Shown here piece after piece: positions 45,071 to 54,849 of a DNA stretch of 64,000 bases. The notes beneath the pieces are model-generated. The model saw nothing but the letters and a program-made list of their open reading frames with translations, searched no databases and was not told the origin of the DNA. Position 1 is the first letter of the stretch; each line of letters begins with the position of its first letter. This DNA comes from a virus (taxonomy: Duplodnaviria > Heunggongvirae > Uroviricota > Caudoviricetes): the IMG/VR virus record IMGVR_UViG_3300025009_000058. One strand, given 5' to 3'. The position numbers were made by a program, and so were the translations under genes.

Positions 45071-45716
45071 GGAATTAGTTAAATTTTGTGCAAAATATCA
45101 AGAAGGTAAAGTAACTGATAAAGAATTATGTTACTACTTTTATAAACTAAAAAGATCTTGGTATTTAAAGTATTATGAGGATAAATCAGGAATATTATTA
45201 AAAGAAGATTTTGAATCTATTGCCTATTTTGGTTATATAAAAGCATTAAAAACATATAATCCATTAAAAAATAACTCTCCACACGCATGGATATATATGC
45301 TTGTAAAACAAGCAGTGGTTAAAGAAATTATTTCAATTTTTAAAAAATCAGGTATGGTTATAAATTCTCATATGGACCCAAATTTAGAAATTGAAAATTA
45401 TGATATTGAGATTGAAGTTCCAATGGATTTTGATATTAGGGTTTATGTATCAGATGGTACACTTATAAAATTTATAAAAGAAATACAAGGAGTTTTTAGA
45501 GGGAAGTCTGGTCAAAAAATTGGTAATATCTTTCAATTAAAACTTATGTTTCCAAACATGAAAAGAGAAACTATCGCAAAAATCATTGGTTATAGTAGAC
45601 GAAATGGTATTGCAAAACCTATGAAAAAGATAAGAGCAATGTTTCATAATGTTGATATTAATACTTCTTCTATAAATTCTAAATTTATAGATTATATCAC
45701 TAAGTCATTATCATGA
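45057..45716 (+). CDS. Sigma-70 family RNA polymerase sigma factor (phage-encoded)
   Basis: Region 2-like AYFGYIKALKTYNPLKNNSPHAWIYMLVKQAV (compare ..GLMKAVEKFDP..FSTYATWWIRQAI). The C-terminal HTH is region 4-like (RETIAKIIGYSRRNGIAKPMKKIRAMF). The start is placed at MIENEEL. Confidence 0.55.
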   Translation: MIENEELVKFCAKYQEGKVTDKELCYYFYKLKRSWYLKYYEDKSGILLKEDFESIAYFGYIKALKTYNPLKNNSPHAWIYMLVKQAVVKEIISIFKKSGMVINSHMDPNLEIENYDIEIEVPMDFDIRVYVSDGTLIKFIKEIQGVFRGKSGQKIGNIFQLKLMFPNMKRETIAKIIGYSRRNGIAKPMKKIRAMFHNVDINTSSINSKFIDYITKSLS

Positions 45717-47233
45717 ATCTAAGAATACAACATAATTATACTTATTTCTCTATTAATAAAGAAGAGAATCCATATGAGATGTATAACTATGTGCAACAAG
45801 CATGTAAATTTGAGTATTCTGCATTTCACAGAGGTAATGGAGAGATAATCCATCAAGATAAATCTTTATGTTTAGCAAATTTGAATTTAAGAAAATTTCC
45901 TACAGGCTTGTTTAACAAAGTTGTTGAAGAAGTACCAGAATCAATTGAATTAAATATAATTGATGAAAGAAATTATAAGGATATAATTGAGGAACAACAC
46001 GCTAAATTTGATTATGATTTTTATGATAAACAAAAACTAGCTATTGATATTGGGATTGAAAATAGAAGAGGTTATTATCATATTGCTACTGGAGGAGGAA
46101 AAACTACTATTATTGCTACGTTGCTAGGACATTTCAAAGGTAAAGCACTTGTTATAGTACCCAGTATTGATTTAGTTGAACAAATAGGATTTGATATATT
46201 TAATGCATTAAATGAAGATATTGATTTTATCATTGGTAAAGAATCTATTTATGCTTCTCAAAGCAGAATTAAAGTTGCTAGTGTTGATACACTCGATTCT
46301 TCATTTGATGAATTAGTTTCTAATGGCTGGTTAGAACAATTTAATACAATTATGTTAGATGAAGCACATCATGCTAATTTTACTAAAGCAAAAATTATAA
46401 AGAAAGGTGGAAGGATTATTAGAAGAATTCCTCAAGGATACACTGGTTACTATAAAATTGCAATGGCTTGTCCTGCTGAGAATAGATTTGGTTTTTCAGC
46501 AACTCCAGAAGAAAGTGAATTATTCATTCAAGCTGTCTGTGGTAAAAAGCTAATACAAATTGATGAAGATTATTTAATATCAATTGGTAGATTGGCAAAA
46601 CCTTATATATTAATCTATAAGCATAAAGTTCCTTTCTATGAAGATGAGAAAGAAGCCACAAAGAATAATATTTATTTAAATGAAAATAGAAATTATATGC
46701 TTTTAAAAGCTATTCAGACTATTAATCAACATGATGGAACAAGCTTGTTAATGATTGATAGTAAAAAATTCCAGTTAGATTTATTAAGGCAGATAAGCGA
46801 TGAGATTATTGAAGTAACGGGTGATACTAAATTAAAAGAAAGAAAAAGAATATATACTCAGCTAGAAAATAAGGAAATCAATAATATAGTATTAACTGTG
46901 GGAAAAGAAGGTCTCAATATCCCAAGTGTTGATGCTATTGTAAGAGGTTCTGCTAAAAAATCAGAGAGGTTAGTTGTACAAGAAAAAGGAAGAGGAGCAA
47001 GAGTTACTAAGACTAAAGGTAAAGTATTGCTTATTGACACTTATGATGATGATGGAGTTAATAAGATTCAAAAAGAAGAATATAAATGGATTACAAAAGT
47101 AGGACATTTAAGAAAACATTCTGAGGAAAGACTAGATATTTATAAAAAGACTAAAGCATCAATAATTAAAATTGTTGAAACTGAGGAAGACTTTATTGAT
47201 TATATAAATAAGTTTTTTAATGGAGAATTATAG
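45713..47233 (+). CDS. SF2 DEAD/DEAH-box DNA helicase
   Basis: 506 aa. Motif I IATGGGKTTI, motif II MLDEAHH, motif III FSATPEE and motif VI QEKGRGARV are present. Confidence 0.75.
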   Translation: MNLRIQHNYTYFSINKEENPYEMYNYVQQACKFEYSAFHRGNGEIIHQDKSLCLANLNLRKFPTGLFNKVVEEVPESIELNIIDERNYKDIIEEQHAKFDYDFYDKQKLAIDIGIENRRGYYHIATGGGKTTIIATLLGHFKGKALVIVPSIDLVEQIGFDIFNALNEDIDFIIGKESIYASQSRIKVASVDTLDSSFDELVSNGWLEQFNTIMLDEAHHANFTKAKIIKKGGRIIRRIPQGYTGYYKIAMACPAENRFGFSATPEESELFIQAVCGKKLIQIDEDYLISIGRLAKPYILIYKHKVPFYEDEKEATKNNIYLNENRNYMLLKAIQTINQHDGTSLLMIDSKKFQLDLLRQISDEIIEVTGDTKLKERKRIYTQLENKEINNIVLTVGKEGLNIPSVDAIVRGSAKKSERLVVQEKGRGARVTKTKGKVLLIDTYDDDGVNKIQKEEYKWITKVGHLRKHSEERLDIYKKTKASIIKIVETEEDFIDYINKFFNGEL

Positions 47234-47635
47234 ATGGAGAATAAAAGAAAAATTAATACTAAGAATGAATTTGAACAAGACATTGATAAATTTTTACTTG
47301 AAAAGAAAGGTATAGAATCATTTTTTATTAGTGGAATTGGCTTAAGAACCAACAGAAAGAAGAATGAAAGATATCATCAACTTAAAGTTAATATACCCAA
47401 AATGAATGTAGAAGCATTTCAAACTTTTGCTTTATATTTAATGCTCACATATAGAACAGAAAAAGTTGATAGAAAACCCCCAATAACCAAATGGTTAGTA
47501 GAACTTGTTAGTCAAAAGATTAAAGAATTAGTTGATAGTAAGGATCCAACTTGGATTGAGGCTAGAAATCTTTTAAGAGACTATAAGTTTCAATATCATA
47601 AAAAATTAATGGAACAAGGAAATAAAAATCAATGA
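47234..47635 (+). CDS. Hypothetical protein
   Basis: 133-aa ORF. Confidence 0.45.
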   Translation: MENKRKINTKNEFEQDIDKFLLEKKGIESFFISGIGLRTNRKKNERYHQLKVNIPKMNVEAFQTFALYLMLTYRTEKVDRKPPITKWLVELVSQKIKELVDSKDPTWIEARNLLRDYKFQYHKKLMEQGNKNQ

Positions 47636-47671
47636 TATATTATATTTGTAAATAAATAAAAAGGATTTATT

Positions 47672-48154
47672 ATGTCTACTGATAATAATTCAGTAAAAAT
47701 AATTGGGAAAGAGGATTTTAGAAGATGTGTTCTAAACTATGATTTACCTTTTTCTCAGAGACTTGCTTTAGTAAAAGAGGAATTTGATTTAGAAATGCCT
47801 GATCATATTGAAGATGGGGAACCTTTCTTAGATTTAGTATATTCAAAATACATGAATATGGTAAATGAATTTCAACTAATGAAGAATGTAAAATATTCAA
47901 TTCAAAGAAATAAAGAGAATCCAACAGAATCAAAAAAATCATTTATAGTAAAAACTATATTTGAAAGTAAGAATGGTATCTTTTATAAAGAGCTATATGA
48001 TACTGTAGATGTCAAGTTTGAATATAGTAAATATGGTCAATCTCCAAGAACAAGATTGAGAAAAGTTATTGAAGAATTAACCATGAAAAACCTAATTGAA
48101 GATACTATGCTTGATGGAAAACGCTACTTGAAAATTATAAAGGCGCAGCAATGA
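47672..48154 (+). CDS. Hypothetical protein
   Basis: 160-aa ORF. Confidence 0.5.
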   Translation: MSTDNNSVKIIGKEDFRRCVLNYDLPFSQRLALVKEEFDLEMPDHIEDGEPFLDLVYSKYMNMVNEFQLMKNVKYSIQRNKENPTESKKSFIVKTIFESKNGIFYKELYDTVDVKFEYSKYGQSPRTRLRKVIEELTMKNLIEDTMLDGKRYLKIIKAQQ

Positions 48155-49053
48155 TAACAGTTATTGACGGTTCTAATCTTGCTTATAGAGCATACCATAC
48201 TTTTATTCAATTTGAATCAAGTGGTGGCGCACCTACGGGTATGTTATATGGGTTTTTATCTATCCTTAATTCTTATGCTAATAGGTTTGGCTCTAGTATT
48301 GTAATTACTTGGGACAAAAAACCCTATTGGAGAAAGATATATTATCCTGCATATAAAGAATCCAGAAAGGAAAATGAAGAATTTGAAAAAATGCGTATTG
48401 AAGAGTCTTTTAGGATACTAAAGGAAGTACTAACGCATTGTGGAATAGTTCAAATTGATAAATTAACTTATGAAGCAGATGACATAATTGCCTTTATAGT
48501 AAAAAAGTTTAGTAGAGATATCACAGTTATATCTGGAGATAAAGATTTACTTTCATTAATGGATGAGAGTAAAAATATAAATATTGTTAGACCCGGTAAG
48601 AAAGGACTTATAAAATATAATGAACAAATGGTAATGGAAGAATTTGGAGTATCAAAAGCAGATATACCAAAATATCTTGCTATTGTTGGTGATAAATCTG
48701 ATAACATTATTGGATTATATGGATTTGGTCCGGTCAAGACAGCAAAATTGATTGATGAGCATCCAGATTTGATGAATAAACTTAATCAATTATTTCCTGC
48801 AGATTTTCAAAGAATTAAGCTTAATCTAGAATTGGTTGATTTAAAGAATCCAAAAGTGAAAATTAATTATCTTGAAAGAGAAGATATTAAAATGCCAAAT
48901 CCAGACAGATTGAAACTCTCCATGGTATTAAGAGATTCTGAAATTAAAGCTTTTAGTCCTTCTGATCTTATTGAGAATTTTAGCAATCTTAAAATAAAAA
49001 CAGACGTATTAAATTTGTTAACTGAAAAAATTGAAACCCGGTTTAATAATTAA
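48151..49053 (+). CDS. 5'-3' exonuclease / flap endonuclease (Pol I N-terminal-like)
   Basis: VIDGSNLAYRAYHT, TYEADDII, ISGDKDL and GDKSDNIIGLYGFGPVKTAKL are the classic 53EXO/FEN motifs. Confidence 0.8.
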   Translation: MITVIDGSNLAYRAYHTFIQFESSGGAPTGMLYGFLSILNSYANRFGSSIVITWDKKPYWRKIYYPAYKESRKENEEFEKMRIEESFRILKEVLTHCGIVQIDKLTYEADDIIAFIVKKFSRDITVISGDKDLLSLMDESKNINIVRPGKKGLIKYNEQMVMEEFGVSKADIPKYLAIVGDKSDNIIGLYGFGPVKTAKLIDEHPDLMNKLNQLFPADFQRIKLNLELVDLKNPKVKINYLEREDIKMPNPDRLKLSMVLRDSEIKAFSPSDLIENFSNLKIKTDVLNLLTEKIETRFNN

Positions 49054-49422
49054 ATGTTTGATGCAGTAAAAGAAAAATTGGTATTAAGCTATATGCTTAA
49101 AAATCCTGACAAGGAATTCTTATTATATTGGTCTGGTGGACAAGATGATGATAAATATATTGTTATGTCAGAGGTAATTAGGGAGAGTAAAGTATGTTGG
49201 TATGTAAAACCAATACATGGTTTTTTTGAAGTAAGGATTAGCAAGCACTTGAATAAAAAATTTCTTGGGTATATATACAAAGGCAAGATTACACAAGAGA
49301 TAGAATTATTTATTACTAGAAGTATAAATATTAAAATTGAAAAGCAACAATTGACAGAAGCCTTTCAAAAATTAAGAGATGAAATAAATATATTAACATT
49401 AAAAAGTATTAATCAGGTATAA
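49054..49422 (+). CDS. Hypothetical protein
   Basis: 122-aa ORF. Confidence 0.45.
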   Translation: MFDAVKEKLVLSYMLKNPDKEFLLYWSGGQDDDKYIVMSEVIRESKVCWYVKPIHGFFEVRISKHLNKKFLGYIYKGKITQEIELFITRSINIKIEKQQLTEAFQKLRDEINILTLKSINQV

Positions 49423-49423
49423 G

Positions 49424-49645
49424 ATGTTAAGAACTGTCAAAAGATTTATGTATGGTGGAAGTTCAGGAATTTGTGGAAAGGTATCTAATGAAGAATTTTG
49501 CAGTAGTATGAAAACAGATTATATGTATGAATTAAGTTGTGGACATACATATGTAGAATCATTTAAAGGTAAAGAAGGAAAAATTCTTGATAATGATTCA
49601 TTAGTCTTATGTGAAAAATGTGATAAATTACCAAACCAGGAGTAG
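49424..49645 (+). CDS. Small Cys-rich protein
   Basis: 73 aa, C..C...C.H.....C.KC. Confidence 0.4.
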   Translation: MLRTVKRFMYGGSSGICGKVSNEEFCSSMKTDYMYELSCGHTYVESFKGKEGKILDNDSLVLCEKCDKLPNQE

Positions 49646-49649
49646 TAAA

Positions 49650-50300
49650 ATGAACGTATATGATTTTCCAGATCAATTTAATGAAGAACACTTATCAAAG
49701 ATATATGAACTTATTTTTGATAGACAAGAGCAATTAGCTCAAAAATATACACCTCTTGAACACCAGAATGGCTTAAGATGGACTCAAGATATGCCAGTCA
49801 ATATTCATGATGGAAAAGGCCAAGCACAATTGAAAGATATGGCTTGGAGAACAATGGAGGAGATTGGAGAATCACTTGAAGCATGGTTTGATGATAGTGA
49901 GAATGTTGAAACTCAAAATGAGCAACTTTTACATGCAAAAGAAGAACTTGCAGATGGCTTACATTTCTTAACAGAATTGGGTATACTTTCAGGTATAAAA
50001 CATACTGATATTAATATTTCACTTGAAAAAGTAGTACATCAAGCTAAAGAGGTTGTAAGTATTGATGAAGCTGTTACTGATTTTGTTTTGAGACTTGGTA
50101 TTACAATGAATTGTTTGAAGAATAAACCTTGGAAATGCTCTCAATATCCAACAGATGAAGCAAAATTCAAGAAACACTATTTATTAGCATATGAGGCTTA
50201 TATTGTTCTTATGCTTGAAATAATGGAACCACTTGAAATTCTTAATCTTTACTTTAGAAAATCAAACGTAAACCAGTTTAGAATTGAATCTAAATATTAG
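49650..50300 (+). CDS. MazG-like / all-alpha NTP pyrophosphohydrolase (dCTPase/dUTPase candidate)
   Basis: Two EExxE-type motifs (MEEIGESLEAW and EELADGLHFL). The start is placed at MNVYDF after RBS AGGAG. Confidence 0.5.
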   Translation: MNVYDFPDQFNEEHLSKIYELIFDRQEQLAQKYTPLEHQNGLRWTQDMPVNIHDGKGQAQLKDMAWRTMEEIGESLEAWFDDSENVETQNEQLLHAKEELADGLHFLTELGILSGIKHTDINISLEKVVHQAKEVVSIDEAVTDFVLRLGITMNCLKNKPWKCSQYPTDEAKFKKHYLLAYEAYIVLMLEIMEPLEILNLYFRKSNVNQFRIESKY

Positions 50301-50309
50301 GAGGTTGTT

Positions 50310-50555
50310 TTGGAAAGAGATGCTATACTTTTGAAATTTAAGAGTATCTTAGAGAATAAGTTGGGTGTTCATTTTTCTGAAATTACAGAAAGCTCACACT
50401 TAATAAATGATTTAGGTGCTGATTCACTAGATGTTATAGAAATTCTAATGGAGTGTGAATCACTTTTTGATATTTCTATACCAGAGGGGGATGTTGAAAA
50501 TCTTTTCACTGTAAAAGAATTAGTTGATTATGGTTATGGGAGGTTAAGTGGCTGA
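50310..50555 (+). CDS. Acyl carrier protein
   Basis: 81 aa. The phosphopantetheine site LGADSLDVIEILMECE (DSL motif) lies in a four-helix ACP-like sequence. Confidence 0.6.
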   Translation: MERDAILLKFKSILENKLGVHFSEITESSHLINDLGADSLDVIEILMECESLFDISIPEGDVENLFTVKELVDYGYGRLSG

Positions 50556-50781
50556 TTTTTGTAAACAATGTCATGATAAATTATTTAAACCTCTTGAGGA
50601 TTCAACTAAGTATGATTTTTATGGTTTAAGCACTCCTGAAGATGATAAAAATGAATTATATCCAGTTGTATTATGCGAAGGTTGTAAAATACAAGGTGGA
50701 TACATACAAGTTAACTCAAAAGGTGAATGCATAAGTCCAGATTGTGGCTCTCATGGAGGAAAGATTTATCCAATAACATAA
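50548..50781 (+). CDS. Zinc-ribbon protein
   Basis: 77 aa, CKQCH...CEGCK...CISPDCGSHGG. Confidence 0.45.
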   Translation: MADFCKQCHDKLFKPLEDSTKYDFYGLSTPEDDKNELYPVVLCEGCKIQGGYIQVNSKGECISPDCGSHGGKIYPIT

Positions 50782-50852
50782 GGAGATCTTATGACTTAAA
50801 AACTATCTATAATCGAAATGTATAGATAGATTGGTAGAGTTATTTTTTGCAC

Positions 50853-50874
50853 AGGCCCTCTAAGTTGAGGGCCT
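50853..50874 (+). terminator. GC-clamped hairpin (aggccctc-taagtt-gagggcct), putative terminator or processing site
   Basis: 8-bp GC-rich stem after 50548..50781. It lacks a U-tract and is similar in style to the hairpins at 28.1-28.3 kb. Confidence 0.35.
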
Positions 50875-50894
50875 AAATTATAAAGGAGTTTAAA

Positions 50895-51155
50895 ATGGCA
50901 AGAACAGCAGTTGACCAATATGAAAGCATGATCACAGTTATTTTTCAACAAAAAGGTGTACAGAGACAAGAATTTTCTCAATCGATGGCTATTTCAATCC
51001 CATCAACTGTTTTTATTGATTTAAGCAAATTAAAAGCAAGACTAGAAGAAGTAACTATTAATCTTATTGATGAGTACAAAAATACCGGATCTTTTCCAGA
51101 ATTAGCAATTATAGATCCATCATTAGATGAACAACCAAAAGATATAACATCATGA
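50895..51155 (+). CDS. Hypothetical protein
   Basis: 86-aa ORF with RBS AAAGGAG. Confidence 0.45.
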   Translation: MARTAVDQYESMITVIFQQKGVQRQEFSQSMAISIPSTVFIDLSKLKARLEEVTINLIDEYKNTGSFPELAIIDPSLDEQPKDITS

Positions 51156-51409
51156 TAAATATGTCTGAAGGAATCTATAAACGATTTATAGACAAGCAAG
51201 TTATAGTCTCAAATAATGTTACTGCAGGTTTTTACTTCTTTGAAGATACAAATACTATTATTATGAATAATAAATCATTTGTATCAATGCTATTTAGAAG
51301 TTTAGAATTTAATAAAGCTTTAGAAACTTATTCAAGTTATTATATCAATAAATTGATGACAAAAGCAGATATACTTTTTTCACGGAAGTTTCCACATGAG
51401 GTTTTATAA
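51152..51409 (+). CDS. Hypothetical protein
   Basis: 85-aa ORF. Confidence 0.4.
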   Translation: MINMSEGIYKRFIDKQVIVSNNVTAGFYFFEDTNTIIMNNKSFVSMLFRSLEFNKALETYSSYYINKLMTKADILFSRKFPHEVL

Positions 51410-51462
51410 TTTATTAAATTGCATCAATTTATTTGATTAAGAATTAAAACTCAAGAGAAAAA

Positions 51463-52356
51463 ATGACATCAGATAATTTTCAAGAAATTTATATAAAGAT
51501 TCTTCAAAAAACTTTAGACGAAGGTATTTTGTGGGCAAAAGCTAAGACAATTACTCCAATTAGTTTTACAATTACAAATCCTGTTTTATCATTAATTAAC
51601 CATAAGAAAAACTGGTCATGGGCTTTTGTTGAACTAGCAAACAGGTTGGCTTTTGAGGAAAAGGAAATGCAAAATCCTGGATCAGCATGGACTTTTAGAC
51701 CTGCTTGGAAAAGAAAACTTGAAAAAGAAAATGGAGAATTTCATTATAGTTATGGTGAGGAATATACAATACAAATTCCACACATCTTAAAAAAATTAAA
51801 ACTTTCAGCAGATCGAGAAGCTATTTTAACAATGTGGAAACCTGAGTATCTTTACATAAAAGAAATGGATAGAAGGCCTTGTACATTAAATATTCACTTC
51901 TTCAAAATTCAGAATAAGTTACATTGTTCTGTATATATGCGTACTGTTGATATAATGAATCTATTACCATATGATGTTTTTCATCACACAATGCTACAAA
52001 GATATTTAGCCTCTGTATTAGGAATTGAATTAGGAAATTTTAACTTTAATGCTTCATTTGGGTACTATCAAAAGAAAAGAGATGTTACAGGTAGTGTGCA
52101 AAATACTCTAAATGCATTATCAAAAACCTCTTCCCTTGATTATTGTGATGATTGGAGATTTGGTGAGAAAGAAAGATTAGAAATAACTAATATAGCTTTT
52201 AGACTTGATAGAGGTGAAGGCTTTTTTTACTATCATAATCATGAACTCAGTTCCTTTGGTCAACAATATGCAAATGCTCTCATATATATTTATCAGAAAA
52301 ATGCTTTATTAAAAGGGTCTGAAATTATAAATGAATTTAAAATTCTTTTACTCTAA
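51463..52356 (+). CDS. ThyA-family pyrimidine C5 hydroxymethylase/methylase with Asp at the Asn177-equivalent (predicted dCMP-specific)
   Basis: 297 aa. The catalytic RPCTLNIHFF (PC) is present. MRTVDIMNLLPYDVFHH aligns to ThyA QRSCDVFLGLPFNIASY with D replacing N177, as in T4 dCMP hydroxymethylase Asp179. Confidence 0.6.
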   Translation: MTSDNFQEIYIKILQKTLDEGILWAKAKTITPISFTITNPVLSLINHKKNWSWAFVELANRLAFEEKEMQNPGSAWTFRPAWKRKLEKENGEFHYSYGEEYTIQIPHILKKLKLSADREAILTMWKPEYLYIKEMDRRPCTLNIHFFKIQNKLHCSVYMRTVDIMNLLPYDVFHHTMLQRYLASVLGIELGNFNFNASFGYYQKKRDVTGSVQNTLNALSKTSSLDYCDDWRFGEKERLEITNIAFRLDRGEGFFYYHNHELSSFGQQYANALIYIYQKNALLKGSEIINEFKILLL

Positions 52357-52360
52357 CAAA

Positions 52361-52381
52361 GCTGAATTATATTTGTTTTGT
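52361..52381 (+). promoter_or_regulatory. Plus-orientation copy of the conserved promoter-like motif (gaattatatttgttttgtaaa)
   Basis: Reverse complement of the minus-arm consensus. It lies 20 nt upstream of the dNMP kinase start. Confidence 0.5.
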
Positions 52382-52401
52382 AAAATTAAGGGATTAATTA
52401 C

Positions 52402-52908
52402 ATGATTTATATCTTTGAAGGCTCAGATTTATCAGGAAAAACAACGTTAGCTGAAGCCTTTTCAAAAAAGAATAACATTCCACTCATTAAAAAACGTTTT
52501 GATGTATTGGGGATGTCAAAAGAATTCTTACTTACAAATTTAATTGAAGAATTACAAAAATTCTTTTGGCTTACTATATGGCCAATAAGAGAACTTATTA
52601 ATGTGGCAGTTGATAGGTCATTACTTTCATCACTTGTTTATGGTACTTTCTTTGAAAGAGAATATGATAAAACATATATAATGGAAGCTTTAAAAGATCC
52701 ATTTGTAAAAGTTTTCTTTGTATATGCTGATTCAAACTCTATTGAGAGAAGAAAACTTGTCAGAACAGAAAAACTTTTCAGTTTAGATGAAATATTAAAA
52801 ATTCAAACCATGTATTTTGAAGTAGTTAAAGTACTTGAAAATGAGGGTATTAAGATTATTTCAATAAATAATTCAGATAATTCAAATATAGAAATACCGA
52901 GTATATAA
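52402..52908 (+). CDS. Thymidylate-kinase-family dNMP kinase
   Basis: The P-loop MIYIFEGSDLSGKTTLAEAF resembles Tmk IVIEGLEGAGKTT. The DRY-like DRSLLSSLVYG is also present. Confidence 0.6.
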   Translation: MIYIFEGSDLSGKTTLAEAFSKKNNIPLIKKRFDVLGMSKEFLLTNLIEELQKFFWLTIWPIRELINVAVDRSLLSSLVYGTFFEREYDKTYIMEALKDPFVKVFFVYADSNSIERRKLVRTEKLFSLDEILKIQTMYFEVVKVLENEGIKIISINNSDNSNIEIPSI

Positions 52909-53552
52909 TGCAAACTTTTTTATTGTCTGATAAAGAATTTGCTGAAACTATCTATTTCAAAGACTTATGTAAAGGCTTAGAATTTCTTGATAATAAGCGT
53001 TTAAATAAACAAATTCTTGAAGCATACCAAATCTTACAAATTTTAATAAAAGGAACTGGTAGATATTTGAGTCATCCTGTGGTTCAAATGTGGATGAGCT
53101 CAGAGAATCTTTTAGCAAGATATGGTTTTGAATGTTGTAAAGCTTTTCAATCAAAAAGTGCTATAAAGACTATACATAAGTATATGAGCTTCTTTGAAGA
53201 ATATTGTTATACAGCACGACATGCTTATTTTAAAGAACCCTTTTGGTTAGAAAATCAGAATTTTTTACATGAATTAGTAAAGTCTCATAAATCTAATCTT
53301 CAATATAAAGACTCAAGTTATTATCAATTTAATGATATTGACTCAAATCTTTTATATGTTTGGCCTTCATATTATGTATTTGATAAAAATAATGGATTTA
53401 GAATCTCTTATGAAGGTAAAGAAGCTTTACTAAAAACATGTAAAAGGAAAGCAATCAAAGAAGATATTTATCAATCTGAAATATTAAACTCATTCATGTA
53501 TTATGATGGAAATAAATGGGTAAGAGCACTTCATTTAATGGAGAAACAATGA
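52908..53552 (+). CDS. Hypothetical protein
   Basis: 214-aa ORF in the nucleotide-modification cluster. Confidence 0.5.
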   Translation: MQTFLLSDKEFAETIYFKDLCKGLEFLDNKRLNKQILEAYQILQILIKGTGRYLSHPVVQMWMSSENLLARYGFECCKAFQSKSAIKTIHKYMSFFEEYCYTARHAYFKEPFWLENQNFLHELVKSHKSNLQYKDSSYYQFNDIDSNLLYVWPSYYVFDKNNGFRISYEGKEALLKTCKRKAIKEDIYQSEILNSFMYYDGNKWVRALHLMEKQ

Positions 53553-54538
53553 AATTTTCTGTTGGTGGTTTTCAATGCGGCATAGGTAATTTATTAGGCT
53601 TCCAATTAGAAGGTTATAATGTGCTTTTTAATGTGGATAATAGAGAGTTTATACATAAAGGTAAGGTAGCTTTTTATGATAATTTCCCTAATATAAGTAT
53701 TAGTAATGATTTTGATGATGGATTAGTAAATTATCCTACTCCAACAGTTTTAATATCATCTCCATCCTGTAGTCAAATTTCTGCATTAGGAGTGAAAAGA
53801 AAGGATCGTTCAAGTTTAAAGACTCTTGGCATTAAAGATTTTGAATTTTATCATGCTCTAGTAAAATTACTTTATACAAATGCTCCATATATTGTTATGG
53901 AATATTTACCTTCTCTCCTTAGGTTTTTTGAAGTAAGGCATAATGAACTTTATTGTATATCAACAAAAGAATCATTCTCATATCCAGATCATTATCGTGT
54001 TCAAATTGTTAATGTTGATTCACAAATATATGGAACGCCACAGTCTAGAAAACGTTTATTTATTTTCTTTTCGCTAAAGAATTTAGATTTTATGTATCTT
54101 AAACCTTCTACAATGCTCGCTGGTAAAAAAGCTGGAGAAGTTTTAATTGTATTAGATCTTTTAAGAAAAGATAGAAAATTATATGATGATGAACATCCTA
54201 ATCATTCTGAAGAAAGAAAACAAGGTTTTAATAAGCTCTTACCAGGTGATAGTTTTTATGGAACTCAAAATAATAAAAGATTAGATCCTGAAAAGATTTG
54301 CCCAGTTATTGCATCATCAAAAACTCAATATGTACATCCTTGGCATGATAGAGTACTTACACCAAGAGAAGCGGCTACATTTCAAGGATTCCCATTAGAT
54401 TTTCAATTTGGGCATATAAGTTTTTCAACAAAGCTGGATTTAATTGGTAGAAGTATACCAGTACAAGTTGCTGCTCATATAGCAAGTGAGATTAAATACA
54501 ATTATGAAAGAAATATTGATTTAGGAGTTATAGGATGA
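53549..54538 (+). CDS. DNA C5-cytosine methyltransferase-fold protein, paralog 1
   Basis: Motif I FQCGIGNLLGF, motif IV SSPSCSQISALG (PC), motif VI MEYLPS (ENV-like), motif VIII QSRKRLF and the C-terminal LTPREAATFQGFPLDFQF are present. Confidence 0.6.
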   Translation: MKFSVGGFQCGIGNLLGFQLEGYNVLFNVDNREFIHKGKVAFYDNFPNISISNDFDDGLVNYPTPTVLISSPSCSQISALGVKRKDRSSLKTLGIKDFEFYHALVKLLYTNAPYIVMEYLPSLLRFFEVRHNELYCISTKESFSYPDHYRVQIVNVDSQIYGTPQSRKRLFIFFSLKNLDFMYLKPSTMLAGKKAGEVLIVLDLLRKDRKLYDDEHPNHSEERKQGFNKLLPGDSFYGTQNNKRLDPEKICPVIASSKTQYVHPWHDRVLTPREAATFQGFPLDFQFGHISFSTKLDLIGRSIPVQVAAHIASEIKYNYERNIDLGVIG

Positions 54539-54849
54539 GTAATTTTCAATCGATACTAATAACAATTAATGGTTCTAGAATTAAAGAGATGGCTTCTAGA
54601 AAAATGGTATTATTACAAACTGTTGCAGCTAAATTAGCTGAACAAATGGAAGATTTAAGAAGAGGCCATCTTAATGCAGACGATCGTCAACTTATTAAAG
54701 AAAAGAAAGATTTTGAGTTATTGAAAATAGATGACTCTGTTAACTTCTGTCAAGTTTTAATAGATTTTATTCCAAATGAAAAGGAATATGAATTAAGTGC
54801 GAGAGAATTAAATTTCTTACGTAATGATAAGATAATTTCTTATGAATGA
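54535..54849 (+). CDS. Hypothetical protein
   Basis: 104-aa ORF. Confidence 0.4.
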   Translation: MSNFQSILITINGSRIKEMASRKMVLLQTVAAKLAEQMEDLRRGHLNADDRQLIKEKKDFELLKIDDSVNFCQVLIDFIPNEKEYELSARELNFLRNDKIISYE

